Shown here: in pieces, positions 47,188 to 49,298 of the stretch
Layout: each line of letters opens with the position of its first letter
Position numbering within the stretch: position 1 is the first letter of the stretch
Assembly (NCBI GenBank): GCA_016185545.1
Contig: JACPNJ010000002.1
Span: 1 to 49,298 of the forward strand
DNA from: Candidatus Yanofskybacteria bacterium
GTDB lineage: Bacteria; Patescibacteriota; Minisyncoccia; 2-02-FULL-40-12; IGHO2-01-FULL-4-A
DNA length: 49,298 nucleotides
Direction: 5' to 3'
Made by a program: the position numbers and the translations under genes
Notes under the pieces: model-generated
What the model was told of the DNA's origin: nothing
Database searches by the model: none
What the model saw: only the letters and a program-made list of their open reading frames with translations

Positions 47188-48750
47188 TTACTCCTGTGAA
47201 GGAACCCGCCGTTGCTTCTTATAAAACCATCCCAAAAACCAAATCAAAAGACAATAGGCAATTATCAACATCGGCCAATCAAAGCTGATGGAAACCGCGG
47301 ACCAGCTTGGCATGGCAAGTAATTTGATCACACCCAATTGTACCGCCGTCAGAAGCCAAGCAAAATAACCGGCAAGCTGGCCCAAAAACGGCACGAACAT
47401 GCCGGCAAGTCCACTGATAAATCCCAGAAGCATCGCAAATGGAATAGTCGGCAGAACAATGATGTTGGCCGGTAAAGAAACCAGCGATAAATTTTTGAAA
47501 TAGAAAATCAAAAGCGGCAGAACAAAAATTTGCGCCGAAACGGTCATGGTCATAGTTTCACGCAGTTTAAAATATTCCGGCACTTTGGCAAAATATTTTT
47601 CAATGGCCGGAACAAGATATATCAGTCCTAATGTCGCCGCAAACGAAAGCTGAAATCCGATGTCGTGGCGTAAAATCAACGGGTTAATCAATATCATCAC
47701 GGTACCGGCTAGAATTATCGCATTTCCGGTATTGCTAAGCCGGCCCTCCCGGTAAGCGAACAGAACCAGCATACCCATAATCGCGGCGCGCACCACCGAT
47801 GCCTGCGCGCCGGTTAAAATCGTAAACAATGCAACACCCAATAGTGAAAACCAAAATGCCGTCGGCCGTCGGAAAAATAAAAGGGAAAACGCTGAAATGA
47901 GCCAAGCGATAATGGTAATATTGTAGCCCGAAATCGCTAGAATATGAGTCATGCTGGTGCGCGCAAAAGCATCTTTAATGTCCTGTGGAATTTGCGAACG
48001 ACTGCCAAGCAGTATGCCGCCGATAAAAGACGCATTGGGTTCGGCAATTGAACGGGCAATTGAACTTTCAAAAGCACCCTTAAAAGCAAAGATTTTTCTA
48101 AAAATTGCAATTTTTGCATATTCATACTTACTTAGGAGTTGAACTCCTAAGTTGTCTGTAATTATAATCTCCGGATAAAAAAGTGTAGTGTAGATACTGT
48201 CTTTGGCTAAGTACGCCCGATAATCAAAATCGTTAAAATTTTCCGGCAGTCTGACATTGCCGTAAATTTTTACTATATCGCCATAATGATAGCGAGGATA
48301 TAATTCAGTCGTAACCGACACTCTTTCGTCGGTTTTTATTACGTAAGGTGTTGCATCCAGTTGCTTGGCGTAAAAGACTAACCGCTGTTTGCTGCCGTTA
48401 ATTTCCGGTTCGCCGGCAATATAGCCAAGCAATGTTATCTTGATCGGATGCTTATTTTGCGGATCAACTACATTTTGCTGGGCTTCGGCAAATTTTTGGA
48501 GATGATGAGTCTTGGAATAGACAGTGCTGTAGCGCAAGACGCCGGCGAGAAAGAAGAGAGTCAAAAAAGCGACAAAAGCAATTTTGACGTTAAGCAAGCG
48601 TGAACCGCGACGGTAGAAAATGGCAATAAGCGCGGTGCAAATTATAGCCGCGAGGAGAACAGTGCTTTTTGAGATATCAGAAAACGAACCGACGAAGACA
48701 CCGCCGATGAAGGCAAGAAGGATATAAAAAAATATTTGCGAACGGTGCAT
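47188..48750 (-). CDS. comEC: ComEC/Rec2 competence membrane protein (DUF4131 + Competence domains)
   Basis: FDYRAYL, GILLG, HILAISGYN, SVVRAAIM, DIGFQLSFAAT, SLVSLPAN. Confidence 0.95.
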   Translation of the reverse strand: MHRSQIFFYILLAFIGGVFVGSFSDISKSTVLLAAIICTALIAIFYRRGSRLLNVKIAFVAFLTLFFLAGVLRYSTVYSKTHHLQKFAEAQQNVVDPQNKHPIKITLLGYIAGEPEINGSKQRLVFYAKQLDATPYVIKTDERVSVTTELYPRYHYGDIVKIYGNVRLPENFNDFDYRAYLAKDSIYTTLFYPEIIITDNLGVQLLSKYEYAKIAIFRKIFAFKGAFESSIARSIAEPNASFIGGILLGSRSQIPQDIKDAFARTSMTHILAISGYNITIIAWLISAFSLLFFRRPTAFWFSLLGVALFTILTGAQASVVRAAIMGMLVLFAYREGRLSNTGNAIILAGTVMILINPLILRHDIGFQLSFAATLGLIYLVPAIEKYFAKVPEYFKLRETMTMTVSAQIFVLPLLIFYFKNLSLVSLPANIIVLPTIPFAMLLGFISGLAGMFVPFLGQLAGYFAWLLTAVQLGVIKLLAMPSWSAVSISFDWPMLIIAYCLLIWFLGWFYKKQRRVPSQE

Positions 48751-48760
48751 GTTGTTTTAT

Positions 48761-48893
48761 CAAAAATTACAAACCAAGCTCACCCCCTAATTTTTCTTCC
48801 TGTATCATGCCTTCCTATAAATTTTCCTCCTTGAGCTATTGTTACTAAAAATATGCGGTTATACATTCCCCCTACGCCTGCTGGCTCCGGGGG
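48761..48893. mobile_element. Truncated family B element (left half)
   Basis: caaaaattacaaacc terminus, plus blocks tcatgccttcct and tgcggttatacattccccctacgcctgctggctccgggg matching the interior of the 29665 element. Confidence 0.65.
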
Positions 48894-48903
48894 TGGAGTT
48901 TAA

Positions 48904-48972
48904 GGGGCCACCTCACGGTGAGGAACCCGTGGTTGTCACTCGGGTAGAGGGTTTCAATTCCCCTTGGCTCCA
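48904..48972 (+). ncRNA. tRNA-Ala-like element with aberrant D and anticodon arms
   Basis: Acceptor GGGGCCA/TGGCTCC with G3-U70 and A73; T-arm AGGGT-TTCAATT-CCCCT; non-canonical middle; followed by a terminator-like hairpin. Confidence 0.5.
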
Positions 48973-48975
48973 CGC

Positions 48976-49005
48976 CATAAAATTCGCTGAAAGGCGAATT
49001 TTATG
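48976..49005. terminator. Terminator hairpin
   Basis: cataaaattcgc-tgaaag-gcgaattttatg. Confidence 0.75.
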
Positions 49006-49007
49006 TT

Positions 49008-49298
49008 TTATGTTAATGCGGTTAATTCTTTTAATACCGATTCAAAGGCGTTGATGGCGAAAAGGGCTTGCTGGTGGGTTAGGCGGAAGTTGGGGTCATG
49101 GACGAGAAGATTGCGAAGCTTATGAGCGTCCCAGAGGTACTGGAGATTAATTAATTGATCAGGCTTGATGAGTATCAAACGCTCCCCCATTGACTCGCCG
49201 GTAAAACCGGCGGTTTTTAATACATCATCAACGAATTTATCGGCCTCAATCACGGCAAGCTTCCACTCGGCTTCAATGAATGAGTTAACATGTTTTTT
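49008..49298 (-). CDS. Conserved hypothetical protein, DUF4145/HEPN-like fold (5' truncated by window edge)
   Basis: Frame open to the window end; AVIEADK..DDVL...GESMGERL...WDAHKLRNLLVHD. Confidence 0.8.
   Translation of the reverse strand, partial: KKHVNSFIEAEWKLAVIEADKFVDDVLKTAGFTGESMGERLILIKPDQLINLQYLWDAHKLRNLLVHDPNFRLTHQQALFAINAFESVLKELTALT

Noticed and set aside
1-49298. Alternative genetic code (UGA=Gly as in Gracilibacteria/Absconditabacteria)
   Set aside because: Conserved genes are intact under code 11 and several end at TGA (tspO, htpX, mraY, ndk, rpmB).

Overview
Chromosomal segment that looks like a Patescibacteria/CPR bacterium, probably Parcubacteria. This is inferred from the short GAD-less AspRS, fragmented str operon, apparent leaderless genes and CPR-type surface repeats; the genetic code is standard code 11. 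Housekeeping genes: rpoD, dnaG, htpX, pyrG, lemA, fusA, rpsT, ftsW, mraY, an S11 carboxypeptidase, aspS, rpsG, rpsL, rpmB, ndk, a split comEC, and tRNA-Asn, -Ser and -Pro. A ~16 kb cluster (9992-25719) encodes secreted Fn3/Kelch-like/LamG/lyase-like proteins, including one ~3,100-aa gene broken by a frameshifting deletion. An AT-rich, translationally coupled three-gene operon next to tRNA-Asn (PD-(D/E)xK-like + RxxxxH HEPN-like + unknown) is a candidate defence system. The most striking unexplained signal is a dense set of nested-palindrome intergenic elements. One ~160-nt family has three copies with compensatory base changes, and a second family has shared AAAATTACAAAC termini. In several elements the outermost stem is complementary to the last codons of the neighbouring gene, and small palindromes sit in frame inside dnaG, aspS and comEC. 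A tRNA-Ala-like RNA with aberrant D and anticodon arms lies near the right end. All family assignments come from motif recognition by eye; no database searches were run.
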